From: Moniliella sp. 'wahieum'
Taxonomy: Eukaryota
Assembly (NCBI GenBank): GCA_003971905.1
Contig: RSEE01000015.1
Location: 372,001 to 436,000 of the forward strand
Length of the DNA stretch: 64,000 bases
Direction: 5' to 3'
This document shows positions 1-13,499 of the stretch, piece after piece. The notes under the pieces are model-generated. The model made no database searches and was not told the DNA's origin. It worked only from the letters and a program-made list of their open reading frames with translations. Both the position numbers and the translations under genes were made by a program. Positions within the stretch are counted from its first letter, which is position 1; the number at the start of each line of letters is the position of its first letter.

Positions 1-3000
1 TGTATTTCGCACGGGCGACCGATTGAGGTACCGTTGGGGGTGGTAACGCAAGAAATGGCTTGATGGTAGGAGACAAATTCCCTCTTCGTGGGCAGCGCAC
101 CCCATGTCAAGTCAGGGCGTCAGAGCGTAGCTCAATTTTGGCGGTCCAGCACGACTAGACAGAAAAGTCCGTGAAGTCTGTGAAGTCCGTGAAGATATTC
201 CATGTGTAACGCGTCTCGCGCGCCATAGCCCGTCGCGGGCATATTCCGCTTCGAGGCCGGATGTGGCCATAATTGAGTGACCTGCCCATCGCCCCAGGGA
301 CGGGATACAACCACGGCGTCACCTCTGGGGTGGACTTACTGTTTAGTCTGAGGAGCGGGGCAGAACGGCCGACGCGTAACCGCAAACTCCATTCAACGGT
401 GGGGTAATCGGGTCGACGATCATGGTGTATTCTGTGCACTTGGGGCAAGAGGTAAGGGGCTGTCGTCAACCGCCCCACCACGATGGAGCCAACTGCAGCC
501 CTCACCACGTTCCGAACCTCAACGGGTCCAGAACAACGACCAGACTGGGGCATGTGCCCGACTCTGTCTCATCTCTGCGATCGAGGCCACAGCGATGCGC
601 CCACCCAAGTGTACTATCTCAAAGCATCGACGAAAAAGCACTGCGAGGTAAGGGTTATTCTTGGAAACACACAACCCGGCACCAGCAGCGTTAGGCTGAG
701 GGCACCAGCAGCATTAAACAGTGCGCATGCTCAGCGAACGTTGAGCTCCGGCACGTCTCGCGCAGGACTTTCAGCACAGGAAGCTCGTGGTGATGATGAG
801 GATGGTGGTCTGCTGAAATATGGAGTCTGAGGCTCCGACCCTCAGGCCAGAGCTCAGGGACGGAGTCGCTGCAAACAAGCACAGCACCAACCCTAGCCAT
901 CTGAGCGGAAGACGAAAACACTGACCCTGTGCCCCAAGGCGCAAGTGGCTTACGCAGTTGGACCACCATGTGTCATGCATTATGATGGGTGATGGATGGA
1001 ACGGTCAGTTGGCCACTGCATAGCGATCGGTGATTGGTACGTAAGCGCCCTCGAAATTCTGCATGCCGGGACCGCCACTAGCGCAACAGCAGGAAAGCGA
1101 CACAAACTACTAGGACGACAGGCCAAGAAGGAACGCGGCGTTGTGGCGACCACCAGGATGGTCCGTACGCGCGTTTGCTGACAGCTGTCCTGGAGCTCAC
1201 ATCCAGCCATCATCCCGCCAGACAATGCGCGCATACGCCAACCGGATTCGTTTGTCCTGGGCCATTCCTAGAAATGATTTATCGCGGGAGGGCGCGATGA
1301 AGCAACCATGCCATGAAAACGCCCCAAAAGAAAAGAACTTCATCCGCAGTACTGAGAAAAGCTATCAAGAGAGACAGAAGGTGATATGGCGGATAGGATC
1401 GATATGTGGAGAGGTAAGAAAGAAGTGGCCTGGCATGGACGGGCCAAGTAGAGGCAAACGATCGTGCTTCGCACACTTAGGTCACGTTTGGCATACCACA
1501 TCATAGTAGTGTTTGCACTTACACCCCCGCCCCACTCCACGACGCCTCGAGGCGATGATCCGATTGCCTGCTGGTGATGATGAGTCCGAGACAATTTGTG
1601 GGCTTGGTGGGGGAATCTCTTGAGGCCCATTAGAATTTGGCGCACGCATGAAGTATAGCGACACCAACATCAGTTTATACTACTGTGTGCATCATCTGGA
1701 AGCACGGTATCATAGAGGGCATGAGCTTGCCGAAGTCATTGGCGGTGGATTCTCAGTCCAGAGGGTATGTTGAGGAAAGATATGAGCTCCGAAACTTACT
1801 CAGGGAACCACTGCGGACGGATATGTTCATGTGATGGGCCCCACAAAATGAAAACCGACGACCACGCTCCGATAAGAGGGCAGCAATCAAGAGTCGCTGG
1901 AAAGGCCTCCCCTGAGTAATGGGAGGGGAGGAGAAGCTTAGGCCGTGACCTTGCTAATACGAACAGCGTATAGGATCAGAGATGAGACCACAAGTTGACA
2001 CCATCGGGGTGAATGGCGTTCCGCCGTAAGCGTTGTGGCTGATGGTGATGGCAGCCAACGGCCGGTTCAACCTGTATTACGATCCACGTCCAGGGGGAGT
2101 ATATCTCGCAGTGCGGAGTGGGTGGCCACATTACTGGGATCCCCGTGTTTTCCCTAGGGTCGAGCATATACAATACTGTCATTGTCATACACTCCTCTGT
2201 CGTGTGCCGTTTTGCTGATGCAGTGTGAGGAGGCAGTCTCGACGAAGATGAGAATCATGTCATCTGTGATGTCCACAGTGAGCTTTCTTGTATGGAGCCT
2301 TGCACAGTGCTTGATCCATGGTCTTGCCCTGAAAAGCTGAAGCATGTTTGTCGGTACAATCCCTAAGATGAGTTGCATCAAACACGTCCTTCAACCAGGC
2401 GTGGAACCAAAAAGGAGGATTGAAGGGTCGCCGCAGGGCAAGGGTGTTGGTTCAGATAAAACTTGTGTGCAAAACGACATAGTCATGGAATGCAGCATGT
2501 TTCGTGCATTGTGAACCTCATTTCGGTGTGCGCCGACCATTCTCGTGAACGCCATCGGTGGGGTGTACTTTTAGGCGAGGGCTAGAGCTAAGCTGAGCAG
2601 CCTCTGGAGGGGTTTTCCCATCAACGAGGATCGTGTCATCATGTGAGCGGCGTGGGTGCCTTCACGTCCAAACGTATTCATGACCGATTGTAATGGCGAT
2701 GATGTGTGTTTTGGCAACGGCATTGACTGCATTCCCCCAGTGGCGGGAGGCAACAGCTCGGTGTGGCATCGCGGAAGACAAGCACCCCGAGCGTGGGAGG
2801 GGCCTTCTTTTAGGATGATCGATGAAGGGGGCTGGTTGACGGAACTGTGTCTCAGGCGGGGAGGCCGCAGCCATGAGGTATGATCAAGTGGACAGATGAG
2901 AGAGAGATACAATCGCCGCCTGTTCGGAGAAAACGTAGGCACCACTCGAGAGAAATGACATGATGATGATGTCCTATATTCTCAAAAAGAGGAACCCAAT

Positions 3001-3237
3001 ACGAGGGCCAATTAGCGTGATATGTTGAGGGCAATAAAACACAGTTGACCTGTTTCATTTCTCTTCTCTGGTTCCTGATCCCCACCCCCATCTTGCGTAC
3101 ACTGACATATCGCATACCATGCTCTCTGCGCAAATGTCTTTACACCATCCAAACGACAACAGGCTGTATGAGACCCAAAAGAAGAACCCGCATCATATAA
3201 TTAGCATTACTTGTTGTGCGTATTATCCTTTGCACTC

Positions 3238-3932
3238 CTACAGCTTTGCCAATCCGGCCACGTACGTGTTCACCGTCTTGGCAAAGTGAATACCCTGGTT
3301 GTACGCAATCTCCAACTCCAAGTCCGTCGGCTTGCGGTCGCCCGTGGGACCCGCCAGCGTCGAGGCCCCATACGGCGAGCCACCGTGGATCTCCGTCAGA
3401 TTAGACTGGAGCGGGAAGGAGCTGTAGCCATTCGGCACATAGTTGATCCCGTGGTGCACAAAGTAAGGCAGCGTGGTGTAGTGAGTGGTCTCCTGGCCAC
3501 CTTGCTGGGTACCAGTCGAGGTGATGGTCGAAGCAAACTTGCCAATCAGAGCACCCTTGGCCCACAGCCCACCAGTCTGGTCAAACAGGTTGCTCACCTG
3601 GGCAGGCGCACGGCCGAAACGCGTGCCAAAGGCGAAGATGTAACCGTCATACTTGGGCAGATCACCGGGAGTGATGGCAGGGAACTCGTCCTTGAGCGCC
3701 TTGTTGGCGTGCATCAGATCCAGCACCTTGTCCGGCAGCGTCTCGGCAAAGGTGAAGTTGTCGACCTTGGCCGAAGTCGAGGCAGCTCCGCGGGCGGCCT
3801 CGTTGGCGAGGGTACGGACGTGGCCGTAGAGCTGGGAGGGTGGGTTAGGTCAGTCCGCGAACCACGAACATGCCAACGCATGTGCAATGGAGGACATACC
3901 GAGTGGGAGACAACGGCGATGCGGCTGGACAT
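3238..3932 (-). CDS. Flavodoxin-like NAD(P)H:quinone oxidoreductase (WrbA/Pst2/Ycp4 family)
   Basis: Start MSSRIAVVSHS, then intron 3832-3899 (GTATGT...CCTAAC...CAG). Motifs YDGYIFAFGTRFG, FDQTGGLWAKGALIGK, STGTQQGGQETT, EIHGGSPYGASTLAG. At least one indel in exon 2. Confidence 0.92.
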
Positions 3933-4887
3933 GGCAACGAGAGGCAGAAGTGTGGGTGGGGGAAGGAAGGAAAGCGTTCGCGCTGCTCTGCTCTGCTTTT
4001 GGCTTGTAGACGAGAGCCTTCGGGCCTGTTGGGGTCACGCGTCACCGGTCAAGAGGGGCCAGCCGACTGCATGAAGGCGGGTCTGAATTCTACCAGAGGC
4101 TTGCGGCGGTGACCGGGACCAGGCGGCCCGTGGACGATGCGTGCGTGCGTGCGTGCGTGCGGGTGAGTAACAGACGTATGTGGAGCCGACGGGTGTTTGA
4201 TATGTGGCTTCGCAGCGGCTGTTTAGGCCCACCTGACACAGCACGGGCCATTTTCTCCCTGGCTTGAATTATCGAAACAATCAAGTAAGGTGCTAGCTAC
4301 GTTGGCTGGAAAGCGGGGTTGGTTGGGGTACGTTTGAATGTTTGAATGGAATGGGTGATTGGCTATCGCTGAGCTTCAAGAGTTGGTCGATGATCGATGA
4401 TCTGATCATTGTTCGCTCCATCGCTCCTCGCCACTGAGACTCAGTACTCAGTACGTTCAGTACATTCAACGTTCAGTATACGCACTAGCTCTCTCAGTTA
4501 CTCGAATTAATCATTCGCTCTTGCGGCGCCTACGTCATCGCCACATCCAATGCGCCAGCGCTTCGAAAACATACTTCGGCGGGCACAACTTGGCTAGACT
4601 ACCTACCATTCAACGACCTTCTGTCATCAACGTCGACCCCTGGGTCTTGCTGTGCATGTTGTCTGCGGTTGTATCCCTTTTGAGCGAGGAGAGCCGAAAG
4701 ACAAAAGGAGCGGGTCAGTTGGCGACGGTGCTGCTCCAAAAGCTTTAGAGAAGAAACCAAGGCTGCCATCCCGGATTCAATGGCTGTGAATGATCCGAAG
4801 TAAGAAAGGAGGAGATGGTTGTACTTCCCAAGAAAACATGTCAGGGGTATGAGCGTGAAGAAAACATTTTATTAAGCGCTTTCACGA

Positions 4888-4982
4888 GCTTCAATGGGTT
4901 AGTGGTATACTACATCGTTGCCAGACTGGCCTAGTGCCTGTGAGATTTCGATGTGACAGGGGTTCGATTCCCCTTTGAAGCA
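4888..4982 (+). tRNA. tRNA-Gly(GCC) with ~24-nt intron (4924-4947)
   Basis: Acceptor stem GCTTCAA/TTGAAGC+A, D-loop AGTGGT, anticodon stem CATCG/CGATG with TT-GCC-A, T-arm AGGGG-TTCGATT-CCCCT, downstream T-run. Confidence 0.9.
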
Positions 4983-5557
4983 TACTTTTTGCCTTCATTT
5001 TAGCTCCCAAGCTTTAGGGGATCAAACAGCTTGGAAATACTGCACGTTGAACATAACAAGTGGTATTTCTTCGTATAGCTGGACCGTATTGTCCCAATGT
5101 CTAGCAAAGAGCGGTTCCCATAGCAAGCGAAATACAAATGATGTGAAGAAAGGAACTGCAAATCCTCACTGCACTCCCGAGTTTGGGAATACTATGCTAC
5201 CAACCCTGCTACCTGCCCCCTGCCCCGCCTGCCAGTGAGGTTCGTTAGTGTACACATTGACACTTCGTTCATTCGGTGTATTCCGCCGTGTATTCCGTGT
5301 ATATATATACCCAGGAGGAACATGACGGTTCATAAGTTACACCGATCATATATGTACTTGCGCATCCGTCATTCTTTGGAAGCCAGCCCGAAATATACAC
5401 CATTGACAACAACAACAACAGGGCGGCCAAAAAGGACGGAAGACGGTTTGGAAAGGATGCCACGCAGTTCAAAAGTGTCGCCTGACGCCACATGAGGCTG
5501 TTTCGTTCCGTAACACCCTCTAGCTTCAAGCCCTCAGACTGGGATCAGGCCGCCTCC

Positions 5558-7093
5558 TCACTGTTTCAGCCGCATCACAAAAGTATGCCAACCGTTAGCA
5601 CCGAGCGGAGCGAGGCGAGCGATTTCATCCAGCATCGCGTTCTGCTCAAGTCGTTCGGTAACCTTCTCCAATTTGCGTGGGTGCACCGTGTCGGACGAGT
5701 CCAACAGCTTCGTAATTCTGTTTTTTGCATCCACTTGGCGTCCATGCTCCGTATGTTGGTGATTCGCCACGGATACACGTTCTCCCAAGTTCATGCCTGA
5801 AGCAGTGGGAGTGGCTCGAATGAGGGCGCGTCTCGTCTGGGGGAAAACAAGGATGAAAGCTGGATGCGGAAGGGGGCTGGGTACGCCGTGGAGTGATGTT
5901 CGGTTGAGTGGGAACACTGAATTGGAAGCGAGGTGGGGGCCCAGGGAGAATTGATGTTGATGGAGTGGGAGTGACGGAGGACGTGAAAGTAGATGGGGGT
6001 ACAAATTGAAAAAGGGTTGCAGACGAGGAAGAAGCGTTGCGTGCGAGCGGGATGGGGTTTGAGGAAGGGGGATGGGCATTGGACGGAAACTGAAGACGTT
6101 TGAGGACGTTTGAAGGGGCTTTGAAGGGAAATATGTTTGAGAGTCTTGAAGGGGCTTTGAAGGGAAATATTTGAGGTCGTTGAAGGGGCCTTGAAGTGAA
6201 AGATGTTGAGGACGAGGACATAGGTGCGAGCTGGGCGGAGTTTGAGGAGGAAGAGTTGGACGGAAACGGGAACAAGTTTGAGATCGTTGAAGGGGCATTA
6301 AAGGAAAATATGTTGGAGGTCGTTGAAGGGTCTTGAAGGGAAATATGTTTGATGACGATGACGGAGCGCTGGGTGCGAGCTGGGTAGAGTTTGAGGAGGG
6401 GTTGGACGGAAACTGGAACAGTTTGAGGTCGTTGAAGGGGCGTTGAAAGTGAAAGAAAATGTTTGAGGATGAGGACGAAGAGTTGGGCGCGATCTGAGTG
6501 GGGTTTGAGGAGGGAGGATGGGCGTTAGCAGAAACTTGAACAAATTAGGGGAAGTTGAGGGTGGAACGTGGCGACCGAAGAAGCTGGAAGGGAAGGACCG
6601 GCGACTTGGGTTGCGGGAGGAGGAAGGGGAGGATTGAAGCGAAAAATTGGGGCTGGACCGGGAAGTGGAGCCTCTTTAGGGCATGGATGCGCTGTGAGAT
6701 ATGGGATGGGAAGCGATTCTGCTCAAAGAGCCTGGTACGGGTAGCTCTCCCTCTACCGCCTCCCTGCCAAGCGCCGCTCTGAGCCGGACGAAGGAGCTGT
6801 GCCAGTCATCAAGCGCAGCAGCATAGGCTGCATCGTGGGTAAAGTGGAGCAGATCCTGTAGCGCTGCATCATTTCGGATACGAGCTGCGTGAGTTGGGAT
6901 TGTCCATGTGGTCTAGCGGCAAAACAGTGCCACTTGCGTCCGGCGGGGATGGGCACTTAAGCGGGATGCGGCGCCCATGCAGCAGCTCGCCGAAGCAGGG
7001 GTCGTCCGGACGAGGAGGAGAGAGAAGCGTTGTACGACGCCATGGAGCCCGCGCGGGCTGCCGGTGCGGGGGGGCTCTGGGAGAGCTGGCCAT
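5558..7093 (-). CDS. Orphan Pro/Ser-rich protein with internal FxF repeats (ends approximate, frameshifted)
   Basis: ATG at 7093 (MASSPRAPP). Overlapping minus-strand ORFs join into a repetitive NIFPFKAPSTTS / NLFQFPSN region and a helical-looking C-terminus (AKNRITKLLDSS...LEKVTERLEQNAMLDEIARL). Confidence 0.5.
6040..6545. repeat. Imperfect nested tandem repeat (coding minisatellite)
   Basis: Recurring ~30-35-nt unit TTTGAGGTCGTTGAAGGGGC(T)TTGAAGGGAAATAT inside larger blocks starting GTGCGAGCTGGG at about 6040, 6223, 6373 and 6487. Confidence 0.85.
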
Positions 7094-7364
7094 GCGGGGG
7101 GGATGGGATGGGTGCGGGGAGCGCGGATGGTGGTGTGGCGGGGGGGGGGGGGGTGGCGTGTGCTTTAATGAGGAAAAAATGGGCGCTGTCCCATCCCATC
7201 CCAACCCATCACCGGCCGGAATCACAAATCACGCACCCCGAGCCGCCGGCCGCATCAATATTCAATGCCCGTCGCGTTCCGCTCCTTGCCCGCAGTCCTG
7301 CTGAGCCCGAGCCCACCACCACCACCGCCACCGCGCCGGCCTGGGAGCGCACCGCACCAGCAGC

Positions 7365-9532
7365 ATGTCCTTCCATTTCAACTGGCCCGTCTTTAGCGAC
7401 CAGTTCCTCTCCGACGCGGCCTCCCTCCTGACAGCGCGCTGAACAAGGGAGCCAAGCCCGCCGCCATTGCCGACGAATTCTCGTCGAGCGCCTCGAGATG
7501 GGGCATGTCCCGCCCGAGCTCGACATTCTTGAGATTGGCGACTTGGCTCCCGACCGTTTCCGCGGTATCTTCCGCCTGACCTATGCCGGAGATGCTCAGC
7601 TGGTGTGGCCACCAAGGTGCAAGCCAACCCGCTCTCAGCCGATGCTTCGGCGGCCGCTGCGGCCGCCAGCATGGCCGCTGCCTCTCCCCCCGCCGGCGCA
7701 ACCGCCGACATGCCCGAACCCAGTCTCCCCGCCCACGGTCCGACGCTGACCAGCGCCCTCTTCCCGGCCACTGCCTCGCGCGGGCGCGGCATCCTCTCGC
7801 AGCTCAGCCACTCGTGGTGCCGATGCAGCTTCGTCTGCACCGCTTCGCTTGCGCGCAATGTCGTGCTCATCCTCAGCAAAACCAAAGGTATCACCATGGT
7901 GTTCAAAAACGATCCGCTGGAGAGCGTTGCGGTGAGTTCGACATTTGACGACGTGCCTCCCATTGCCTCGTTCTCCGACTCAGATCGAGGAGACTATCCG
8001 CACCTCTTTCGAGAAGACTTGCCTGCAATCATTCACCAGCTGTCCCAATCCTACCTGAGGGGTGAGCTCAAGTCACAAAAACCCAAAGTCGCAGAACAGA
8101 GGCGACGCAAGACGCAAAGCAGGAGGGAAAATCCCCCGTACCCACACAGGGAAGCACTACCACCCGTTCGCGTGACTCCCCCGACTGCCCGCCGACGACC
8201 CCGAAAAGAATGACAAAAAGAAAAGGCTACCGCGCGGCCGGGCAAACCCCCTCGTCCAGTGTCTGAGGCGGGCGCTCTACGCCCCTCCCAGCCCCGAGCA
8301 GGGAGCACTGCTAGTGCCACCCTGCTCTCTCGCCCTCGCGTACCTAGCACCCTCGCTTCACCCAAGCCCACCAGGGCCGCCAGTACGATCGGGATGCAAC
8401 AGCAAACGCCCCTCGGTTCCACCCGCTCAAACTCTGCGTGCTGTTTCCTCGGAATGGACCCTTCTGATCCTGAAGGGGGGAGTACGACCCCACCTATGGC
8501 TTCAAAGAAACACCTGGTCCTTCCCCCCCGCCGCAGGGTGGGACCCATTCGCTCTCTCTCTCGCGGATCGTCGCCTCTCGCCGCCCACGCCGGGGCCTAG
8601 CGGAAGCAGAGGATTTGTGGCTGGATGAGAATCCTGGGTTGAAGCACAACGACGGAATCAGCTGGAGCGTCTCAAGGAGGAGACCGATGGCGAGGAAACG
8701 GTGCAAGACGAGGAGGAGGAGGAAGATGAGGAGGAGGACGATGAAGATCTTCAGGCGGACGATGCAACTGACGAGATTGATTTCTACTTCCCCTCTGCCA
8801 ACCCCCCGGAGAAGAGTTTGAAGATGGGTCCTATGCGGATGAGGTGGACGAGCTCGATTCAGGGTACGATTTGACGTTGGACGAGGACCCCGAACAAGAG
8901 CAAGGCTCTGATCGGGAGAACGACGCTGATCCCGAGGCGGTGGAGAGGGTGTCGGAACCAGAAGGTTCCGACAGCTCTCCTCGTCCCAATTCGATGCGCT
9001 TGCTGCGTGGGGAGAAAGACGATAGTGATCTTGCGAGCGTATCGCGTCGAGGAAGAACGTCGCTCTGGGACCCTTTCCAGGATACGCGGGGCAAGTCCCG
9101 CCCCGACGTACGCGCCTCGTCCCGTCTTCCACGACCAATTCCCCCTCCCCCGCTCTGGCGCCCATCGCGCGCACCCACCAGGCTGCCGCGCATGCCCGAG
9201 TACCACGCCCCCCGTCTGCCCCTTCTTCTACCATTCGCACTCTGCCCACCAAACCTGCCTCCCACTTTACCGGTCGCGTCGGGTCGACGCAGACCTGTCT
9301 CCCTACACTCCGCCCTTGCACCATGTCCAAGTACGCGCAGGCCAGGACCTTGCGCCGCACCCTAGCCCGCGCTCGGCGCGGGGAAAACGGACTGACCCCC
9401 CACCGCCTCTTCGCCCGCGTCGCAAACATCGCACCTTTACCTTGGGCCAAGCTTGACACCCTCCTCCCCCTCGTACTACCATACTTCTTGGACCCACATG
9501 CGCGCACTTTGTTCATCCGCCATCATACTTGA
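7365..9532 (+). CDS. MDM34: ERMES subunit Mdm34 (SMP domain plus long disordered acidic tail); 3' end approximate
   Basis: Reframed N-terminus [14 protein letters not shown]...[12 protein letters not shown]...[46 protein letters not shown]; also [27 protein letters not shown] and [15 protein letters not shown]. Confidence 0.9.
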
Positions 9533-9770
9533 CTCTTACTTTCCCATTCGTAGGTGCAGCGCTGCCTTCACACTGTGCCTGTTCTTCTCGCGCCCCAGAA
9601 CGCGTTGCCGTGTCCCCGCCCGACAGTACAAGTCATGTTGGGACGCCCAGACTGGTCCCTGCGGCACAGATTGTCGTTCTTTTTTGATGGACCGGCAGAT
9701 CATCGTCTCTTGTACAACGACGGGTGCCATGGAAAATGGAAAGATTAGGGAAGCTCAAGGGAGCAAGACC

Positions 9771-9842
9771 CAACATGACAGGAGAAACGATGTATCCATG
9801 ACAGGAGAAACGATTTATGCTGTTATTTCTCCTGTCATGTTG
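9771..9842. repeat. Perfect 17-bp inverted repeat with an internal 18-bp direct duplication
   Basis: CAACATGACAGGAGAAA (9771-9787) pairs with TTTCTCCTGTCATGTTG (9826-9842). CATGACAGGAGAAACGAT occurs at 9774 and 9797. Confidence 0.9.
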
Positions 9843-10429
9843 AGTGAAGAAGAGAGGACTTGCACACTCTATTGGCGTCAACGTCGTCTCGACTTTCGTG
9901 GGCCGCAATCAATGGCACAAGGGGAGAGAGCAGAGGAAGTAAGGAGCCTTAGTAGCAGTGCCTTCCGAGGGCCCGGGCCGTGATATTGGTAGAATGAACT
10001 GGGGACTGCGTCCAAGGCAGATGTACCAGGGTGTACCCGCTCTCGACAAACGGCCGCTCCAAGCGAGCCACTTGTGTTGGTTAAGGGGCGGTCACTGGGT
10101 GCCAATGGGTTTCACCGTATCACGTCGGAGGTGGCAATGGAGCTCATGTCAGGAACCGGGTGAGAACGCTCGTTTCTCCTCCATTTGTATGGTGGCGTCA
10201 GTAGTGAGATATCATAAAACCAAAGAGGCTGAGGGAAATTGCTCAAACCCGACCGACGCAGCCTGACGGAATACTAGCTCCTGGACCCATACATGCAACA
10301 GAGTAACAGCATTAGGAGGAAATCCTACAGAATGATAACATTCTATGCGGAGAGTGGGAAAGGGGGAGTAAACCCTGCTGAATGCAGTAGTATGTGTAAG
10401 ATAAATGGATGCGGGGAGGTGGGGGGGGG

Positions 10430-12110
10430 AGGAGAAGGCCCGAAGCCAAGCCGAAGCAGACCGATTACTTGTCCACCACAAACGAGAAGGCGCTTCCCAA
10501 CGCCAGACCAATCGCCAACCAAAAGCTCAGCACCGAGGCGGCCAAGCGTTTTCCTCGGCCTCGAGCCCCGGTGGGAAGGAGTGGAGACAAACAGGCTGGT
10601 GATCAGGTACCCGTTCGATGCACCAAAGAGGAAGAGCACCGTAAAGAAGACCCAATCTTGCTGCAAAAAGGGAGGCGTCGGCGTGGCTCCCATCACCGCC
10701 CGTGGTACCCAGGAGAGCGACGTGGCATTGCCCAGTCCTTGGTCCTGGACGCTAAGGGGGAGCGGAGAAAGCGGACACAGCGCCTCCCGTGTGGGCATGC
10801 TGGAAGAGCGGGACAAACAAGACCGGGCCAAAGCAAAGACCAGTACCGACGCTGGGCGTGAGGGAAGCCAGCTGGAGGGAAGGAAGGAAGGGAGCGTGCG
10901 ACCGACTACATCGCTCAAGTTGAACAGGAAGAAATGGAGCGAGGCAAAAACGAGCGGAGAACCGAGTGTTCCCTTGGGCGAAGTGGACGACGTGACGCGA
11001 CTTGTAACCGTAGGGAAGAGAGCAAGGGTAACGACAAAGTTGAGTACCATGGCCAAACAAAAGTACCATACTTTTTGCCCAGGCGACCCAAGAGCGCCCA
11101 CGATGCACCGTCATGCTCTTCCGCATGCTCCTCCCCGTCCACCCGGGCCCAAGAGGAGGAACCAGCTTCTTTGTAATGCATTCCCAAAACAGGTCGGTCT
11201 GAATCAGCAGACGGAAGGCGATCAGCACTACGCTCATCAGCATCACGGAAATCACGAAAAACACAATGGTAGCCGGCTGGATTCAGCATCGACAGATTGC
11301 ACTCCTGGCGTATCGTTAGCAGGCGGGTGAGAGCGGACAAAGGAGACAGCCGCCACCAATTGGATCACCGACACAACTACAGCAATGACGCCTGGAACGA
11401 AAGCATCGTGCCCATACAAAGCGGGCCAAACGCCGAACTGAGCGCGACCACGGCGTTTTGGAAGTAACTGCAGCCGGCGGCCAGGGTATTGGCCCAGACA
11501 AAAGCGCACCAAAGTAGAACAGGTCGCACCTCGCGTGTCTACCTCGGGGTCCGGAGTGTGCCCGGCCCAAGGGCGGTGATGAGAGTGAATGCCAAAGAAA
11601 CAGAACAGCAGCAACACTCCCGACCGTCCGATCCGCTTGGACGGGGTGGTCTTGGGCAGCGACTTGGTCGCCGCTCCTTGGAAAAAGATGGCCGTGCAGT
11701 TGTAGCTCACAATGAGCCAGTTGGCAAAGTTATGGGCAAAGGGCGTGTCGGCAAAGCGAGTACGGTAGTACTCGGACGGGGTAATGACCACGTTACTGCA
11801 GCGACCGACGGTCCCAGTTAGCCTGCCTTGCCGCTGGCTCAGGAGATCACTGCGAAAGCACGTACAAGGGAAGAAGCACGCCGGCACCCAGCAATCCAAA
11901 CGCAATGTAGATGCCCAAGCGGGCGAGAGGCGTCATTTCCTGCCATGCATCGGTCGCCTCGGCCCCCGTAAGGCCGTCCTCGTCGTCGGGTTCGGGCGGG
12001 TCGGACTGGGCGGCAGCCAGCGCGGCGGCGGAAGGCGGGGCGGAAAGAGCCGCCGGCGTGGGCGTGTCGTCACTGGCGTCAGTGGGAAGCTGGCTGTACC
12101 TGGCGCTCAT
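10430..12110 (-). CDS. Equilibrative nucleoside transporter (ENT/SLC29, Fun26-like); 3' end approximate
   Basis: MSARYSQLP...IYIAFGLLGAGVLLP, intron, NVVITPSEYYRTRF; FVVTLALFPTVTSRV, HFFLFNLSDVVGR, FLFGASNGYL. Confidence 0.88.
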
Positions 12111-13499
12111 GGTGGCCAGCAAGCAGAAGGGACAGGCGAGCAAAGGGCGAGGGTGATGCGAGCGGTTGAAGGTGCGGGAGCCAGCGTCCCAGTCGCACGC
12201 GTTGGGTTCGATGCCAACGCAACACGACGCTGCAGGCGAAACGAGGGATGTGCTGGACGCTGGACGGTGCTTATCAAACTCCGGCTCGGGGCGGAATGAG
12301 GGAAGAAGCGCTAGCATGCGCGAACCCTCTCGGGGGGGCTATCGATCGATTATCAATCCCTGCCACTGGTGGCGTGCATGATCCACACACGACTTGTTCA
12401 ACGAGAAGGGCCGCAATGAAACTTGAAAGGTGAATGTGCTTTGAACATTGAACATTGAACATGGAGTAATTGATCTCTGTGGACCCGAAAGTTGCAATTG
12501 AGCGGGTGGGATGGGCCGTGCCACAGCGTGTGCTTGAACCTCCGCGACGGCATGGTCCACCGCAGACGCCACTGTGGATGGATTCCAACTTGCAGCCGCC
12601 TTCTTCCGCAAGGTGCGCCCTGTGCCACCCACTTGGCCAAGATACACAGCGCCTGGCCGCCGAGATCCGAGAGGTGGCCAGTGCTAGTGAAGCAGGGACT
12701 GGTGACTGGTGACTAGTGCCTGTCACTAGTCACTCTTAAATGCCTCGGCTGTGGTGGTAGAAGGGGGGAGCGGGAGCCACTGGGGCGCGGAGCGCAGAAG
12801 GGCGGAGACCAGAGGACCATCAGATGGAGTTGCGCGGCGGTGGCTGGTGGGGGGCCGCCAGCTGGGCTGGAGGCAGTAGATGGGAAAGGAGAACCATGTT
12901 CCTGGTCATCGATCGCCGGTGTTCTGTCATCGATCATGCATCATGGAACATCCCACTTGGCAGGTTGCCGCGCCGCGCCACGCCATCCACCCACTGCCCC
13001 CCTTCCCAGGGGCCACCTGGGGGGAAGGGGCGCAGCAGGCGCAGCTCGGATGTCGATGATCGAAGAGGCAGGTGGGAGCTGGGGGCGCAGGTGCACTGTG
13101 CCCGTCTCCCGCTTTTTTCCCTCATCGGGCGGGTGTGCCGGCGGGGGCGGCACATCCGCACACCCTGGCCCCCCCGGCAGCAGCAGACGACACGGTGTGG
13201 CTCGGGCAGGATCTACCCGCCCCGGGGGCAGTCCCAGCCGCGGGCGCTTGAGCCCCGCCAAGCGCCAACCACAGAAGCGTCGGAAAATGGGCGTCGGAAG
13301 GCGTCACGCGTCAGATCGGCAGAGCAAACGCCCACCATGCAGGGGGCAGCCGCCGTCACGCGCATCACGCGTCAACTTGTCCAGTTGGTCCAACGCTGTC
13401 CTATTAAATCCCAGCCCGCTCCTTGGGCGGCGCAGCCCACCGCCGCGTGTTCTGCAAACCACCCCTCCCACCACCACCCCCTCTGCCTCTCTGTCTGCC

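Noticed and set aside
1..3100. Possible decayed gene or transposon in the first 3 kb
   Set aside because: Only short ORFs with no motif I can support; left unannotated.
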